Part shown: positions 1 to 14,047 of the stretch, piece by piece | Position numbering within the stretch: the stretch's first letter is position 1 | Layout of the letters: the number at the start of each line of letters is the position of its first letter | Assembly (NCBI GenBank): GCA_964016885.1 | Contig: OZ024740.1 | Location: 113,894,001-113,958,000 of the forward strand | DNA: 64,000 nt | Direction: 5' to 3' | Origin: Eledone cirrhosa | Taxonomy: Eukaryota | Notes under the pieces: model-generated | Told to the model about the DNA's origin: nothing | The model's database searches: none | Seen by the model: the letters and a program-made list of their open reading frames with translations, nothing else | Program-made: the position numbers and the translations under genes

Positions 1-13
1 AAATAAATGTCAA

Positions 14-3000
14 ATGATACAATCTCATACCGGATCGGCCGTCACCCGGGTCAAAAAGGGCCGCGTCCCTCAGGGAGGAACGAGACTGGGGTCTAAAAAT
101 CAGCTAATTGTTCAAACCTTCCCATCACTTCGGAGCTGGAGACCTCCCATAACCGGAATACTCCTACTATTGGACTCCATGCTCACCACCATGAAATCCA
201 AAGAAAAAGAGAGAGAAATGGTCAAGGGAATACAATAAAGAAGTCCTTGGGGCTTTCTACACTGCCATATACTACCCATCAAATAGATCGAATACAGATC
301 GAATACAGATCGAATACAGAACTGGAAAAAGAAACATCCCGAAAACAGAGGCTATATTGACAGTAACAAACTAGCCAATATACGAAGAAATATTGTTAAA
401 CAAATTTACTAACTGATATAGAAATTGATCAGATCAAGCTATTAGCACAAAGTCAGCGAAAGTAAAATGAAACATGTGTCAGTGAAAACGAGGTAAATTG
501 TAACACTTCGAATCCCAGGCTTGGGGCGGAATCACTGACAACAGAACAAATTAAAGAAAGGATCGAAAAAGTGGAGGGTGTGCATGCTCAAGATGAAACT
601 CAAAATGAAAACAATCAGATCGTAAATGATAAAGAAATGAATGAGAATGAACTTGCCAACTTGAAGGATGAAATTATGATCGAATGGATGAAAATGAAAG
701 AATCTGACATGGGGGAACAAGACACTCTCCCTAAGATCCAGAACTCCAAACAGAACCAAAAGATAATACACAAGACTTACATAATTCTCAAAAACATTAT
801 CATCACAAACAAACTAAACATTACTGATTTAAAGCATATCTATTATGCATCGGCTAAAGTCACCACTCACTTATGTGGAGTGAAAATGAAAAAAACAAAG
901 GAATTCCCACAAGAAATCTACTTGACAAAAGAATATCAATCGCCAAATTAACCTTCTCCGATCTGACATAGAAATTTTAACAAACTACAAAGTTAAACAA
1001 ACATGTTAAACAAACTAAACTTAGAAAATTGAAAAGAAAATACAGTATAAAATCAACAAGTGACATAGACATGCTGATAGAAATAATCAAGCAAAAAGTG
1101 TCGGCCGAAGTTGCTCGTATAAGGCGCTTTGAAAAACGATCTAGATTCTATAAGGACAATAATATGTTCAAAAACAACCAAAGAAACTTCTACAGAAAAT
1201 TTGGCAAGTCAACAATAACTGCTAAATCAATACCACCCAAGGAGGAAGTGCAAGGATTCTGGGAAAAGATCTGGGCCGAAGAAAAAGTTCATAATATACA
1301 TGCCCCATGGATAGACAGACAAATGAAAGATACAGCTCATTTTGAGTAACAAATATGTGAAAATATAACAGTTGAACAGTTGCGTTTGGCTCTTAGGAAA
1401 ACCAGCAAATGGAAATCCCCAGGAAAAGACAAAATACCAATTTTTTTGATAAATGCCTTCACAGACTCTCATGAGCTGTTAGCCCAACTTTACAATGAAA
1501 TAGTTAAGAAGCCAGAAAATATACCATCATGGCTAGTTAACGGCATTACATTCCTGCTTCCGAAGAATGATGAGACAAACAATCCCAAATATTACAGACC
1601 GATAACTTGCTTGACCACAATGTAAACAATTTTAACATCAGTCCTAACTCAATATACATATGACCACCTGATAACAAATGACCTATTTCCCAATGAGCAT
1701 AAAGGGTGTAAACGAGGCTCATATGACTGTAAGGATCAACTTTTGTTAACAAAATAATACTGGAAGATTGTCATAATGGACACACAAATCTATCAATTGC
1801 TTGGATAGATTATAAAAAAGCATTCCATAGTTTGCCACACCGTTGGATTGAAAAAATGTTTAGAGATTTTCAAAATATCTCCCGTTGTCAGGAGGTTCCT
1901 GTCATTCAGTATGAAGACATGGAAAACAACATTCCTTTTGAATTTTTCAGGGTGACTCTTTATCACCGCTTTTATTCTGCATCGCACTTATACCATTAAG
2001 TAAAATGCTCAATGAAACAAAACATGGATATAAAGTCTATGACAAAACCATTAATCACTTGTTCTACATGGATAACCTGAAACTATTTGCAAAAAATGAT
2101 GAACAATTGCAAGGGCTATTATCCACTGTGGAGCAGTTCAATGATGACATTAAAATGGAGTTTGGAATATATAAATGCGCCAAAGCAACGTTCACCAGAG
2201 GAAAGCTGCTGAAAAGTTCAGACATTAATCTTGATCGGGGGGAATGTGATAAGAGAACTTTATCAAGAAGAAACTTACAATTATCTAGGTGTTTATGAAC
2301 GAGACGGAATCAAGCACTCGACAATGAGGGTAAGGATATGGAAGGAATGTTACCGCAGAGTAAGAGCAATCTTAAGAACGGAATTGAATGCAAGGAATAG
2401 GATCGATGCCATAAACACGCTTGCCATACCAGTAGTAACCTACAGTTACAATGTCATCAACTGGTCAAGCACAGAGATCCGTAGACTCGATACAAAATTA
2501 GAAAATTCTTAACCATGCACAGAATGCATCACCCTAAGGCAGATACAGATAGAATATATCTCCCTAGGAAAGAAGGAGGACGTGGGTTAATCCAGTTAGT
2601 TATTGCGTTGAAAACTGCAACAATTGGATATTTAAGGGAATCACATGATTGGATGATCAAACTCGTTTTGAAATACGAAAGCATCATAAGATCATACTCC
2701 ATCACAAAAGATGCACAAAGATACAGTAATGGACTACACATTTCACAAGTCCCATTTACTGCTGACATGGATAACACAGAAAAAGCAAAGCAGGTAAAAG
2801 TAACTGCAAAGAAACTGGCTAAGAAATGGCAAGAAAATCCTCTGTATGGAAAATACCCAGAGCGAGCTAACAATCCTGATGTTGACAAAACTTTAACCCA
2901 TCAGTGGTTGGCATCCTCTGGACTGAAATCGGAGACTGAAGGACTGATTATATCACCACAAGATCAGTGTCTGCCAACAAAAAATTACCAAGCCAACATA

Positions 3001-3733
3001 TTAAAAGTGGATGCAACCCATTATGCCGTGTATGTAAAAAACAACCAGAGACCATTGATCATATAATCTCAATCTGCAGTCCTATAGCTCCAACCGAATA
3101 CCTAAACAGGCATGACAGACCTGCACAATACATACATTGGATAATGTATAAGCATTTTGACCTGCCTCATCAAAAGAATTGGTGGGAGCATCTACCACCT
3201 CCCATACTTGAAAAAGATCACATCTCAATCTTGTGGAACTTTAGCATCCAAACAGACCGAAAAATAGATGCAAATAGACCTGATATAATATTGAAGGACT
3301 TTGAAAAGAGGGTATGCCTGCTAATTGATATGTCCGTTCCAATAGACAAGAATGTATCTATAAAAACAATGAAAGTTTGAGAAAGTATAAGGACCTGGAG
3401 ATAGAAATTGGGAAAATGTGGAAATTGAGAACTAAAACAATACCAGTGGTTTTAGGCGCTCTAGGAATGATACCTAAGGGGTCTAATGATTACTTATCGC
3501 AAATCCCAGGAAACCCGCGTAGTGGAGAAATACAAAAGATAGTACTAGTGGAAACTGCCCATATACAAAGGAAGATTCTGTCAATATAAGTACATCACAA
3601 GTCTAAACACCTAAAGATGCATATGTGTGTATGTATGTTCTTTCTTGAACATGGCGGACCTTGTTGTCTCTTGAGGTGACTGGTTGTGACTTGGTGATAA
3701 CTCGTATGAACATAAAACAAGATGAATGCAACT
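14..3733 (+). mobile_element. R4/Dong-clade non-LTR retrotransposon (RT + CCHC + restriction-like endonuclease), degenerate
   Basis: ORF fragments carry WKSPGKDKI, YRPITCL, INHLFYMDNLKLFAK (RT), CRVC..ETIDHIISIC (CCHC) and RPDI..DMSVP..KYKDL (RLE). Several frameshifts and stops. Ends in (TAA)n, the known Dong target. The 5' end may extend beyond the window. Confidence 0.9.
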
Positions 3734-3753
3734 ATAATAATAATAATAATTAT

Positions 3754-3799
<46 letters not shown>
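3734..3799 (+). repeat. (TAA)n microsatellite, tail/target of the Dong-like element
   Basis: Direct sequence. Confidence 0.95.
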
Positions 3800-3800
<1 letters not shown>

Positions 3801-4436
3801 GGGAATACTACGCACATGGTGGATAGGGTGTTATGGAATCGCTCCCGTAAGTTTTTGATTTTTTACATATTTAAAACAATTGTGATAGAATAATTCTTAT
3901 TACAAATGGGTCATAAGATACCAGTCTTAACTCTCAGGAAGTGGCAACGCATAAAATTATGGCATAGAGCTCCAATAATTAATATTTAATTTTGTATCAG
4001 AAATGTTATAATCAAAATAGGAAATTGTTACAAATGGTCACAAATGGAAGAAAACAGCCAAATAATTTCACCACCAACACCACCACCACCGCCGCCGCCG
4101 CCACCACTACCACAAAAAATGTATCTAGATACAACAACACCATCACAACACCATCACTACAGTATTACTATCCCATCACCACCGGCACCACTGCATCATT
4201 GCTACCACCACTATTCCCCCATTACCTCCTGTTAAGACAGGGATGGTAGTAGTGTCACGACACATGACTAGGAGCGAGGAAGTCACCAAAAGATATAAAT
4301 AGACTGATTTAGTGACCCGGTCAAACAGCTAACAACAACACCAAAAAAAATATTATTATTTTTGTTGTATCTCTAAACTCTCTCAAAATGTTTAGTTTAA
4401 ACGATGTCAAATCTAAACTATAATATAATAATAATA

Positions 4437-4636
4437 ATTGTTTCTACTTTTGGCACAAGTCCAGCAAATTACCCAGTACATTACTGGTACATTATTTTAT
4501 CGACCCTGTAAGGATGAAAGGCAAAGTTAACGTCGGCGGGATTTGAACTCAGACCATAAAGGGCCGTAACTCTTTGCTGTAAAGCATGGCATCCGACCCT
4601 CTACTGATTCTTCCTAATTCTTCCAATCCACTGCCC
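4437..4636 (-). mobile_element. tRNA-derived SINE (resembles octopus OR-type SINEs)
   Basis: Minus strand has B-box GAGTTCAAATCC, body CTTTGCCTTTCATCC..GGGTCGATAAAATAA and tail CTTGTGCCAAAAGTAGAAACA(ATT)n. Homologous to the copy at 63541-63729. Confidence 0.85.
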
Positions 4637-4959
4637 TAATATTATAATACTAATAATGATAAGCAACAAGTCGAAAAATTACAGAACAGAACACAAACAA
4701 AAACAAATGCAACAACAAAAGAAAAACAAATTTCAAAAATTTTGAACGCAACAACCCCTACTTCACTCGTAGCTAAAATCAAAAATAGCAGCAGCAGCAA
4801 CAACAACACTGGTAACCGATGTTACTGGCCTTGAAATCAAAAGGAAAAAAAAAAAACGAAAAAAAACTAAGTCAAACATTCAAACATTACAATGAAACTT
4901 ATGTTTATATTTTAAAGTTGTTATCTATTTGTTTGTTTATTTTTGTTCGTTTATATCGT

Positions 4960-7900
4960 GATGGTGCCACGCTAAAATCACCGAGGGTGATGAAATCACC
5001 TATGGTTATGTAACCATACATTCACCAATCCTCGATATAAGTGTTTAAATGTAGAACCTAAACAGTTCGAATAACGTTGAAGAGGAGACTGGAACCACAT
5101 GTGAAAGACTCTCACCCAGCAAGTGCTCCCTGGCCCAGCAGCAGGGACCTGGCTGTCATCCAAATACTGCTGGTGTTGGAGGAGGAAGAAGAAAGAAAGG
5201 GACAAGAAGCAACTAGACGAAAGAATTGAATAGAACTTTCATGGAATGTTACCTGAAGAATAACCCCATGGAAAATGGCTATAGGAAACGGATGCATAAC
5301 ATCTGGAACGAGATTGGTCTATTTAAATTAGATGAACAAAAATTGGCCGGGCGGGCTCGGGTAATAAGAACTAATGGATGGATAAGCGAGTTGGAACTGG
5401 AGAAACTGAGGAGATAGATTAAGTTGGAAATGGAGAGTGGAGTATGTCAGCCAAACGAGCCAGTGGGAAATGAAGGTGAACAGGTTGAGAGACCTGAGGA
5501 AGCATCCGAAGCAGACAATGATCTGAATGGTGAAATACATAACATCTGGAACAAAGATACGGCCATTGAGGAAATGAATGCTGAAGGGCTAGGACAAGAT
5601 TTGGTTGATATCCTGAACATAGTGGTAGATGAAACGAACAATGATAGTGCAAAACCTAGGAACCTAAGATTTGTAGAGAGGAAAAAGTTAAAAGAAAGAA
5701 CAGCTAAGGTAAACAAAGTATATCCCATACCTTGAGGCGAGGAACCTTCACCAATGCAATAATATCCTCAAAGCAACAGCAAATGCGGGGAGGAAATTAC
5801 CTGGCATAAAAAACGAGAGGAAACAACAAACAAGAAAGATCAGAACCTTGGTGGAAGAAACGACAGAATGGTCAAATCAAGGAAATGAGAAAAGACATTA
5901 GAAAGATTGAGTCCCTACTGAATGGGACATTACAAAACATAGACACTAAAAATAGATTTGAAATAAAGTACAAAACTAGGGGTAAAAAGCTAAATATTAT
6001 CATAGAGGAACTGAAGCAACGCATTGTAGCAAAAAGTGAAAAGATTAGGCGGTATCAGAGCTGAGTCAGTCAGTATAGACAGAACCCCATGTTTGACAAC
6101 AACCAGATGTTGTTTGGATAGCTTGAAGGGAAATAAAGAGGCAACGACTTGATCCCTGAGGCGGAACAGACTGGAGAGGAATATGGGAGCAGGATGTTAA
6201 ACATAATGACCAGGCAGTGTGGATTGAGACAGTACAGAAGGAGATCAGTGAACAGGCACACCAACAAAGTGATTTGAGTATCACAGTTGAAACTTTTAAG
6301 GGGCAGGCCAAAAAACTAACCAACTGGAAATCACCAATCCCAGATAGTGTGCAGGGGTATGGGATTAAAAATATAACATCCTTCCACCCGAAACTGACAA
6401 CCATGTTCAATGACTGCTTGATGTCGGGTGAGGTACCAGAGTGGTTGACAAAGGGTACGACAGTTCTGGTAATGAAAGACCGAATCAAGGGTAATGATGT
6501 TACCAACTATAGACCTATCACATGTCTGTCTGTAATGTGGAAACTGTTAATAAGCATAGTGTCTGAGGAAATCTACCATCACCTATACATAAACACCTTG
6601 CTACCGGACGAACAGAAAGGATGCCGAAAGAAGTCCCGTGGTACAAAAGACCAGTTACTTATTGATAAGATGGTAATGAGGAATTGCAAGAGAAGAAACA
6701 CTGGCCTTCCCATGGGATGGATAGATTACAAAAAGGCATTCGACATGGTACCTCAGTCTTGGATAACCAAAGGCCTAGAGATCTTCAAGGTGGCAGATAA
6801 CATCAATCAGCTGTTGACCAAAAGTATGAAGTCCTGGAAAACGGAGTTAACATCGGGTGGAGAATCCCTGGGTGGCGTTGAGATCAAGAGAGGTATCTTC
6901 CAGGGAGATAGTTTGTCCCCTCTGCTGTTTGTCCTTGCCCACATACCTCTGACCATTATATTGCAAAAAGTGAGAGCAGGATACAAGTTGTTGGGAAAAG
7001 GAAAGCTTACCATCAACCATGGACGATCTTAAACTCTTTGGGAAGAGTGAGAAGGAGTTGGATGTACTTGTTGACACTCTCCGATTTTCTGTAATGATAT
7101 ATGTATGGAATTTGGTATTAATAAGTGTGGAAACCTAGTGATGAAGAGGGGTAAATTGAGCAGAAACAACGGAGTCCAGGTACCAACAGGTGAGATAATA
7201 AAGTAAATTGACACTGAAGAAGGATACAAATATTTAGGTGTTCTGGAGCAGATGACATCAAGAACAAAAAAATGAAGGAATTGATAAGATCTGAGTACAT
7301 TAGGAGAGTAAGGACCGTATTAAAATCACATCTAAATAGTAGGAATGTCATAAGTGCAGTAAATTCCCAAGTTGTGTCTACTATTATATACAGTGCGGGA
7401 ATTCTGAAATGGAATTTTGCTGAACAAAAAGAAATGGATAGGAAAACTAGGAAGCTATTGACTATCTACAACATGTTCCACAAGAGGAGTGATGTCGATA
7501 GACTCTACTTAAAGAGATCTGAAGGTGGAAGAGGTCTTATCAGCACAGAAGACTGTGTTCAGATGGAGAAAAACAACCTTCACAAATACGTGACTGACAG
7601 TAGGGAGCCAATGCTCAAATGTGTACTTAAGGAGAAGACAATTGACCAGGGAATGTCTAAGGAGGAAATAACAACAAGGAGGAAGAGCAACCTTCATGAA
7701 AAATCCCTTCATAGTACCTGAATTTAGAGATCCACAGACATGGAACTGGTTAAAAAGAGGAGACTTTAAAAAGGCTACAGAAGGAATGCTAATAGCTGCG
7801 CAAGAGCAGAACCTCAGAACGAAGTGGGTGAAACACCATATTTACAAAGAGGAGGCTAGCCCACTGTGTAGGATATGAGGAGAGTGAGAGGAGAATGTGG

Positions 7901-8514
7901 CTCACATTGTATCCGAGTGTAAACACCTAGCTCAGAGTCACTATAAAGGCTGGTGACATGATGTGATGGGCAGGGTGATCCACTGGCACCTATGCAAATT
8001 AACAATTTACCACATTCTGAGAAGTGGTATGAGCATAAGTCAGAGTCGGTGATAGAAAACGATCAGGTGAAGGTGCTATGGAATTTTAGTATACAAATGG
8101 ACAAGAAATTAGAACACAATAGGCCTCACCTGGTAGTTTTGGACAAGGAAAAAAGATCGTGCCTGATTGTAGATATAGCCTGCTAATTTGACACAAGAGT
8201 ACAAGAACAGGAGAGGGAGAAAATTAACCGATACCAGGTCTTAACGTAGGAGGTAAAAAGGATTTGGAACTGCCATGAAGTCAAGGTAGTCCCGATTGTC
8301 ATAGGCGCACTAGATACTATCTCAAAGAGTTTCCAAGAATGGTTAAAGAAGATTAGACCAACAACGCTTTTTGGAACACTTTAAGAGGCATGCTTGCTGG
8401 GAACAGCAAGAACCCTCCGATACGTCCTGAATATCTGAGGCTGCAGGTAGTGGCTTGATATTCATTTCAACAAACTTTCTAGTTAAATAACATCAAAGAA
8501 AGAGACTCAAAGAA
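4960..8514 (+). mobile_element. Second R4/Dong-clade non-LTR retrotransposon, degenerate (different family)
   Basis: NYRPITCL, WIDYKKAFDMVP, RGIFQGDSLSPLLF, YLKRSEGGRGL, PLCRI (Zn knuckle), HNRPHLVV..VDIAC (RLE). Followed by (TAA)n from about 8515. 5' boundary approximate. Confidence 0.9.
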
Positions 8515-8524
8515 CAATAATAAT

Positions 8525-8553
8525 AATAATTGTTTCTACTTTTGGCACAAGGC
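8525..8553 (-). mobile_element. Extreme 3' tail fragment of the same SINE, inside the (TAA)n array
   Basis: aattgtttctacttttggcacaag is identical to the tail at 4436-4459 and is flanked by TAA repeats. Confidence 0.7.
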
Positions 8554-8558
8554 AATAC

Positions 8559-8594
<36 letters not shown>

Positions 8595-8884
8595 TTTCAT
8601 TATTGGCCACAAGGGCTGACATCAAGAAAAACATCACAGGCGGAACAGCACGGTACGATGTGGGTTTTGTGCGTGTAAATATTTTTATTATTTATATAAG
8701 AAAAGAAAAAAAACATAAAACATATATATATATATAAACAATAAAATTAAAATTGAAACAATGAAAAATTCCCCAATAGGGGGGGAAACCTCCGAGGGTT
8801 ACTCGTGGTGAAAACCACACAAAAGACCACGGCCACCCTGACTACCAGGGCAAGCGCCCTCTCTCAATTTGTCCATCTCTCAAA

Positions 8885-11800
8885 CTACAGACGTATATTC
8901 AGAGTGGTCCCGTTCACTCGGACCATTCTCGCTACATTCATCCACCTTTCAACAAACTTGCTAGAAAGCAGCACTTGCCTCTCCACCCTGATTTTACTAT
9001 TCAAGTGAAACTTGAAAAATTTAATCAGGGATTCGCCGAAGAGGAAAGTGTTTGTCTTTAATCCTTTTAACCTTGTCCACCACACAATCTCTTTCGCCAT
9101 GGCCATCAGGCAGATGAAAACCGCCTCCCCTTCCTCCTCAAAGGAAGACGGCGAGACCATCTGCACAATGGACTCAGTCGACATCCGGATCAGTCCCACA
9201 CGTGACAGCAACTGTTCGACATAGCTCCACAAGTCAGCAATACTCGGGCACTGAACGAGTGCGTGCACGACGGTTTCGTCGCTATGCGCGTAGCTCGGAC
9301 AGGCTCGGCTGACGGCACTTCCGTGCCTGTAGAGCTTATCTCGAACCGGCAGCGCTCCCCGGTAGCACTGCCAGGCCAGGGATTTTTGGAAGTTATCCAT
9401 AGGCCCCGAGCTGAAAGTTCTCCGGAAGAGAGCAAGCAACTGATCTTCTTCGACGCCCAGGATCTCTCCGAGAACGTCGTCGCTCTTCTCCCCCACAAGT
9501 CCTCTATAGAACGCCGAGGTGGATGTTCCACCGATACTGGTGCCCAACTGGGAGAGGGCAGTGAGCGCCTGGAGACATTCCAGTTTCCAAGCGCTATCCT
9601 TCGGTCTTTTTCTGACCCAGGACTTCAGCTCCGTCAAGGAGACGGGCTGTGGGAAAATGTGCCTGGCAAACGGCGACCACACCCGTTCACCAGACCCCGA
9701 GCAATTTAACGGTCCGTCTGTCCAACGCCCCACGACGCTGTCGGACGGCTTGGACTTGCCTCTCCAGGTGCCTAGCTGCAACCCCATCGACTTTTCCTGG
9801 TTTATCTTTGCTCCTGTCACCGTTTCGTATTCCTTGAGAGCGGTGCCGAGCATCTGGACGTGTCTGGTGCTCGACACCACCACGGTGACGTCGTCAGCGT
9901 AAGCCGACTCGGATTTCCCGCATCCTAGTTCGCGTGGGACGCCCCTCATCGCCCCCGGTTTGTACAGTAACGGCTCGAGAGCCAATACGTACAAGAGGGA
10001 CGAGAGGGGACAACCCTGGCGGACTGAGCGCATGATGCTGAACGGCTGCGACAGGTGACCGTTCACCCTCACAACTGAGCAGATGTCGCTGTACATTGCT
10101 GCGATCTAACGCGTGAAAACGGGCCCGAAACCGGCTGCCTCGAGGACCGCCGCCAGGTACCGATGATCGACCCTATCGAATGCTTTGGATTGATCCAAGT
10201 TGATCAGGGCCCCACCCTTGCCAGGTTCCTTAACCACCCTCTCTATGATGTATCGCATGAGGTGGAGGTTATCGTCTATGGATCTGTCTGGGATGGCGCA
10301 TGTCTGCGCCTCTCCCACCAGACCCTTGACGACAAGCGCCAACCTCGTTGCTAACACCTTGGCCAAAATCTTGAACTCTGCGTTTAGCAGATTTATGGGC
10401 CTGAAATTATCAATAACATCCCCTTGTTCGGGTCTTTTCTCCGCAGCGCCCCTGCTCCCCGGCTCATAAAACTGGGAATGCTCCCGTTCTGCTGCCAGTG
10501 TGCAGTAGACGCCTGCAAAGAGGTCACCGAACAAGTCTGACATAAATGCATAAAGCTCGTAGGGCAGACCATCTAAACCTGGCGATTTACCTCTTGTGCA
10601 GTTATCCATCGCTTCCCGTATTTCACCGGTTGTAATTGGCTTTTCGCAACACTGAGCTGCGGTCGTCGAGAGCCGAGGCAGTCCGTCGAGGTATGCACTG
10701 AAGTCCATGTCCCGATCCGGGCCGCCGCCGCTCCCGAACAGTTCAGCAAAGTGCTGCTGAAAAGCTTCACACATCCGCTCGGGTTCGAGCATCACGCACC
10801 CATTTTGGTCATACAAAGAACGAATTGTGGCTTTATTGCCACGTCGCGCCTCTGCCACCCGGGCCCATTGGACGGCTTTTGTCCCCTCGTGTTTTATAGC
10901 ACGCGCTCTAGCTCTGACAACGCAGCCTTCGTGTTTTGCAGTTGAAGAATTGGTCGAGTGTCAATCTCGCCGCAAGCACGTCGATTGCGATGCCTGTCCT
11001 AAACGCCTCTTCTAGCTTTCTGACTAGCTCTCCCTCTACTCTATTTTCCTCTATCACTACTCCTTTGCTAAACCTAATTGACTCTACTTTAATTGCCCTT
11101 ATCAGGGCGAACCACCACCTGTTGTTGACGACCGCTCCCGTCAACGCCCGCTTAACTAATACGCTAATCCGGTCTCTGTAGCCCTTGCGCGTCGGGAAAG
11201 ACGCGTTCAGCTTCCAGTAACCAGGCCCTTGTCTATGAAGTCTGTCTATGTCGATGTCACAGATCACAAATTTGTGGTCTGTGTAGTCGACTATTTTAAA
11301 TTGTGGACAACTTATACTAGCCTTATCTAGTTCCCTGCAGAATACCCTATCTAGATACGATCTGGATGACCCGATGCGGTTTGTCCATGTCCACATTGGC
11401 ACATTTGGGTGATCCAGTCGATACCTGTCAGACAGTTCAAAACGTCTGAGCAGGTTGGTGAAGCTCTTGCACCCTCCTCCCCTATCCACTATCCCCACAC
11501 GATCCCATCGTGCATCCAAGATACCGTTCCAGTCGCCCACTAACACTAAAGAGCGGGACGTTCCAAGAAAGGTCTCTAGACGTCTGAAGAAATCTGGCCG
11601 TCCTGCCCCTGTTGGGGCGTAGACGGCTACTAGCCTAAAAGCATTGCCTTCGCTGCTGGTCACGTCCAGCACCACTGACTTACCTTCTGGGTCCAGGAAG
11701 ATGGCCCGTATCGTCAGATCCAAGCCTCTCCGAAAAAGGAGGGCAACCCCTCCCCCCGATCCTGGATGGCTGGGAGATACGTATACATCGTAGCCGCCGA

Positions 11801-11954
11801 AGATCGGTGCGAAGGCCCGTGCCTCGGAGATTCTGGTTTCACTGATGGCCACCACATCTATATTTAGTGACCTGAGGTCATTGAGTAGCTGACCCTGCTT
11901 CCAAGATGACCCCAGGCCACGTGCATTTATACTGCCTATTCTGAGTATCGCCAT
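8885..11954 (-). pseudogene. Tx1 ORF2 (apurinic-like endonuclease + reverse transcriptase), disrupted, with an internal deletion relative to copy 2
   Basis: SINARGL, ISETR, VYAPT, GDWN, SYLDR, TDHK (APE); KSPGLDGLPYE, FRPINLLN, LDQSKAFDRV, RQGCPLS, YADD (RT). Confidence 0.9.
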
Positions 11955-12237
11955 GACGGATGAGAAACAGGGCAAATGAGAAAGGGTCACTTACCTTGTT
12001 CGTGTGGTGAAGGGACAGTAGAACTGTCCCTTTCGCTGGTCATGGGTGTTTCCAAGAGGATGTCAGTGTATATCCTCTTGGTAACCGTCCCTCTGAAGTC
12101 TCCAACTGCGTTGGGGAATTTTTGTTTTAAAAGTTTGTATTGTTCTAATGAGATTTCGATAATGCTTATGTTTGTCGGGAGAGTTCTTGGTGTTGGTGGG
12201 GTGTAGTAATTTTTTTCCGTGATGTCTGTGTGCTGCT

Positions 12238-12288
12238 TTATATATTGTAAGAGTTCTTTTTTTTGGTATGTTTATGGCTGTGTACTTT

Positions 12289-12319
<31 letters not shown>

Positions 12320-14047
12320 GGATTTTGTTGCCGTTTTCTTCTTGTTGCTGTTTGGTGTGTGTGTCTTGTTGTGTTTGCGTTGTTGGTGTTTCTGGTGGTG
12401 TTGCTGCATGTTTCCTTGCTGCCTTTACCCCTCTTTGTATGCCTTCGCTTTTGGAGGGTGAATCTAAGGGTTTTTTTCTTTTTGTTTTTTTTGTAGCAGA
12501 CTGTTTGCCACGTTACTCCCGCCTCAAACTCCATGTCGGAATCTGTGGCGTCTGGGAGGGGTATGTGCTCCACGGCTGTTGGTGGTGGTAGAGGAGCACT
12601 CTTCGGCAATGTTGTTGCAGGTGTAGCTATTTCAAATGTAGCTATTGGTGTTGCCGCTACTAATGATGCTGATTTAGTTATCCGTGGCCTTGGTACGGGT
12701 GTTACGGACGTTGCCCTCCTACTCACCGTGGAAGGGACTTCTTCGTTTGTTGCCTGTCCTTCTCTTGGTAGCAGCGGACCAGGTATTGGAAGGAGAGGGG
12801 TCCTCTTCGGGGTCTTCTGCGGGCAAAAAGCCCTGAGGTGACCTTTCGACCCACAGAGATAACATTTTGGCCGTCTTCCTTCTACACTTATAGGGATTTG
12901 GAGTCCTTCCTCAAAGTCTATGATATCGGGGATAGCCTCGATACATTCCTGGTCAGTTTGTATAAGCATTTCCATGCCTATACCTGACCAGTTCTCTCTA
13001 CCTATTTTTTCTACTTGCAGCATGGTCGCCCTGTTCTCAATTCCAGCAAGGACAGACGCGGCCAGCCAAGGTATGGGCACGTCGGACGGGATCTGGGTCA
13101 CTTTGACCCTCACAATTTTCTGCCCGCAGGAGGAGGGCACAAAGACTAACTCCTCACTCTTTAGGGTTTCCAAAGAGTGAGACTTTTCTTCCTGGGGGGT
13201 GGCGAAAAGTACGTCTACTGTGGCGTACTTTCTGCCTCGGGTGATGTGGGTTTTGCGTGCCCAGACGCACCCAAGGCCTTTTGGATTTGAGCCTCCGTCG
13301 CTCTCTTCACTCGATGTGAGATTTTGCTTACGGTGCGGTAAGTCACCGTTCGTAGCTGCTGGTCCTTGAAAAAATCGGGTGGAGGTTTCAGGGAAACTCT
13401 ATTTGCGCTTCTTGTCACCATGGCCCTGCGACTGCTATCTCCTCCTCTGTGACTAACACTGTCTCGATATTTCGGGCGACACCTGCAAAAGAAGTGGTCA
13501 CTTTTTCAGCAGCACCACTATTGCTGCCGCTATTGGTCTTACTGGTGGTGCTGAGGTCGCTATTACAGGTATCGATGTCATTGTTGTTCTTTTCGCTGGT
13601 ACAGTTGTTGGTGTTGTTTTCGGTGATACTGTTGCTGCTATTACTGTTATTGTCGCTGTTATTATTATTATTGTTTTTGTTGATACTGTTCCTACTATTA
13701 TTGTTGTTGTGGCTGTTGTTATTGTCATTGTTATTGTCGTTCTCGACCTTACCGCTGTTATTTTTGTTATTGTCGTTCTCGACCTTACCGCTGTTATTTT
13801 TGTTATTGTCGTTCTCGACCTTACCGCTGTTATTTTTGGTGTTGTTGTTGGTGATGTTGTTGGTGTTATTGTTGGTGTTGTTTGTGTTAGAAATATTTGT
13901 TAATTTTAAATCTGTAACAATCTTTTTTTCCTTTGTAATAGTTTCGTTTATATTACCTCCGCTGGAACGCTGTCTTGTTGACATGCTGATAAAGTCTCCC
14001 TCTCTGTGTTGTCTGACAGCGCTCTCTCTCTTTTTTGTGTTATCCAT
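12238..14047 (-). pseudogene. Tx1 ORF1 (Asn-rich N-terminus, CX2CX4HX4C knuckle), frameshifted
   Basis: CYLCGSKGHLRAFC. Lies upstream of the APE ORF on the same strand. Split over three ORF calls. Confidence 0.8.
13730..13838 (-). repeat. About 3 x 36-bp coding tandem repeat (NNSGKVENDNNK) in Tx1 ORF1
   Basis: gttattgtcgttctcgaccttaccgctgttattttt repeated three times. Confidence 0.85.

Noticed and set aside
4960-5080. HDV-like ribozyme at the 5' end of the second Dong-like element
   Set aside because: TCCTCG is present, but no consistent P1/P2/P3 pairing could be built.
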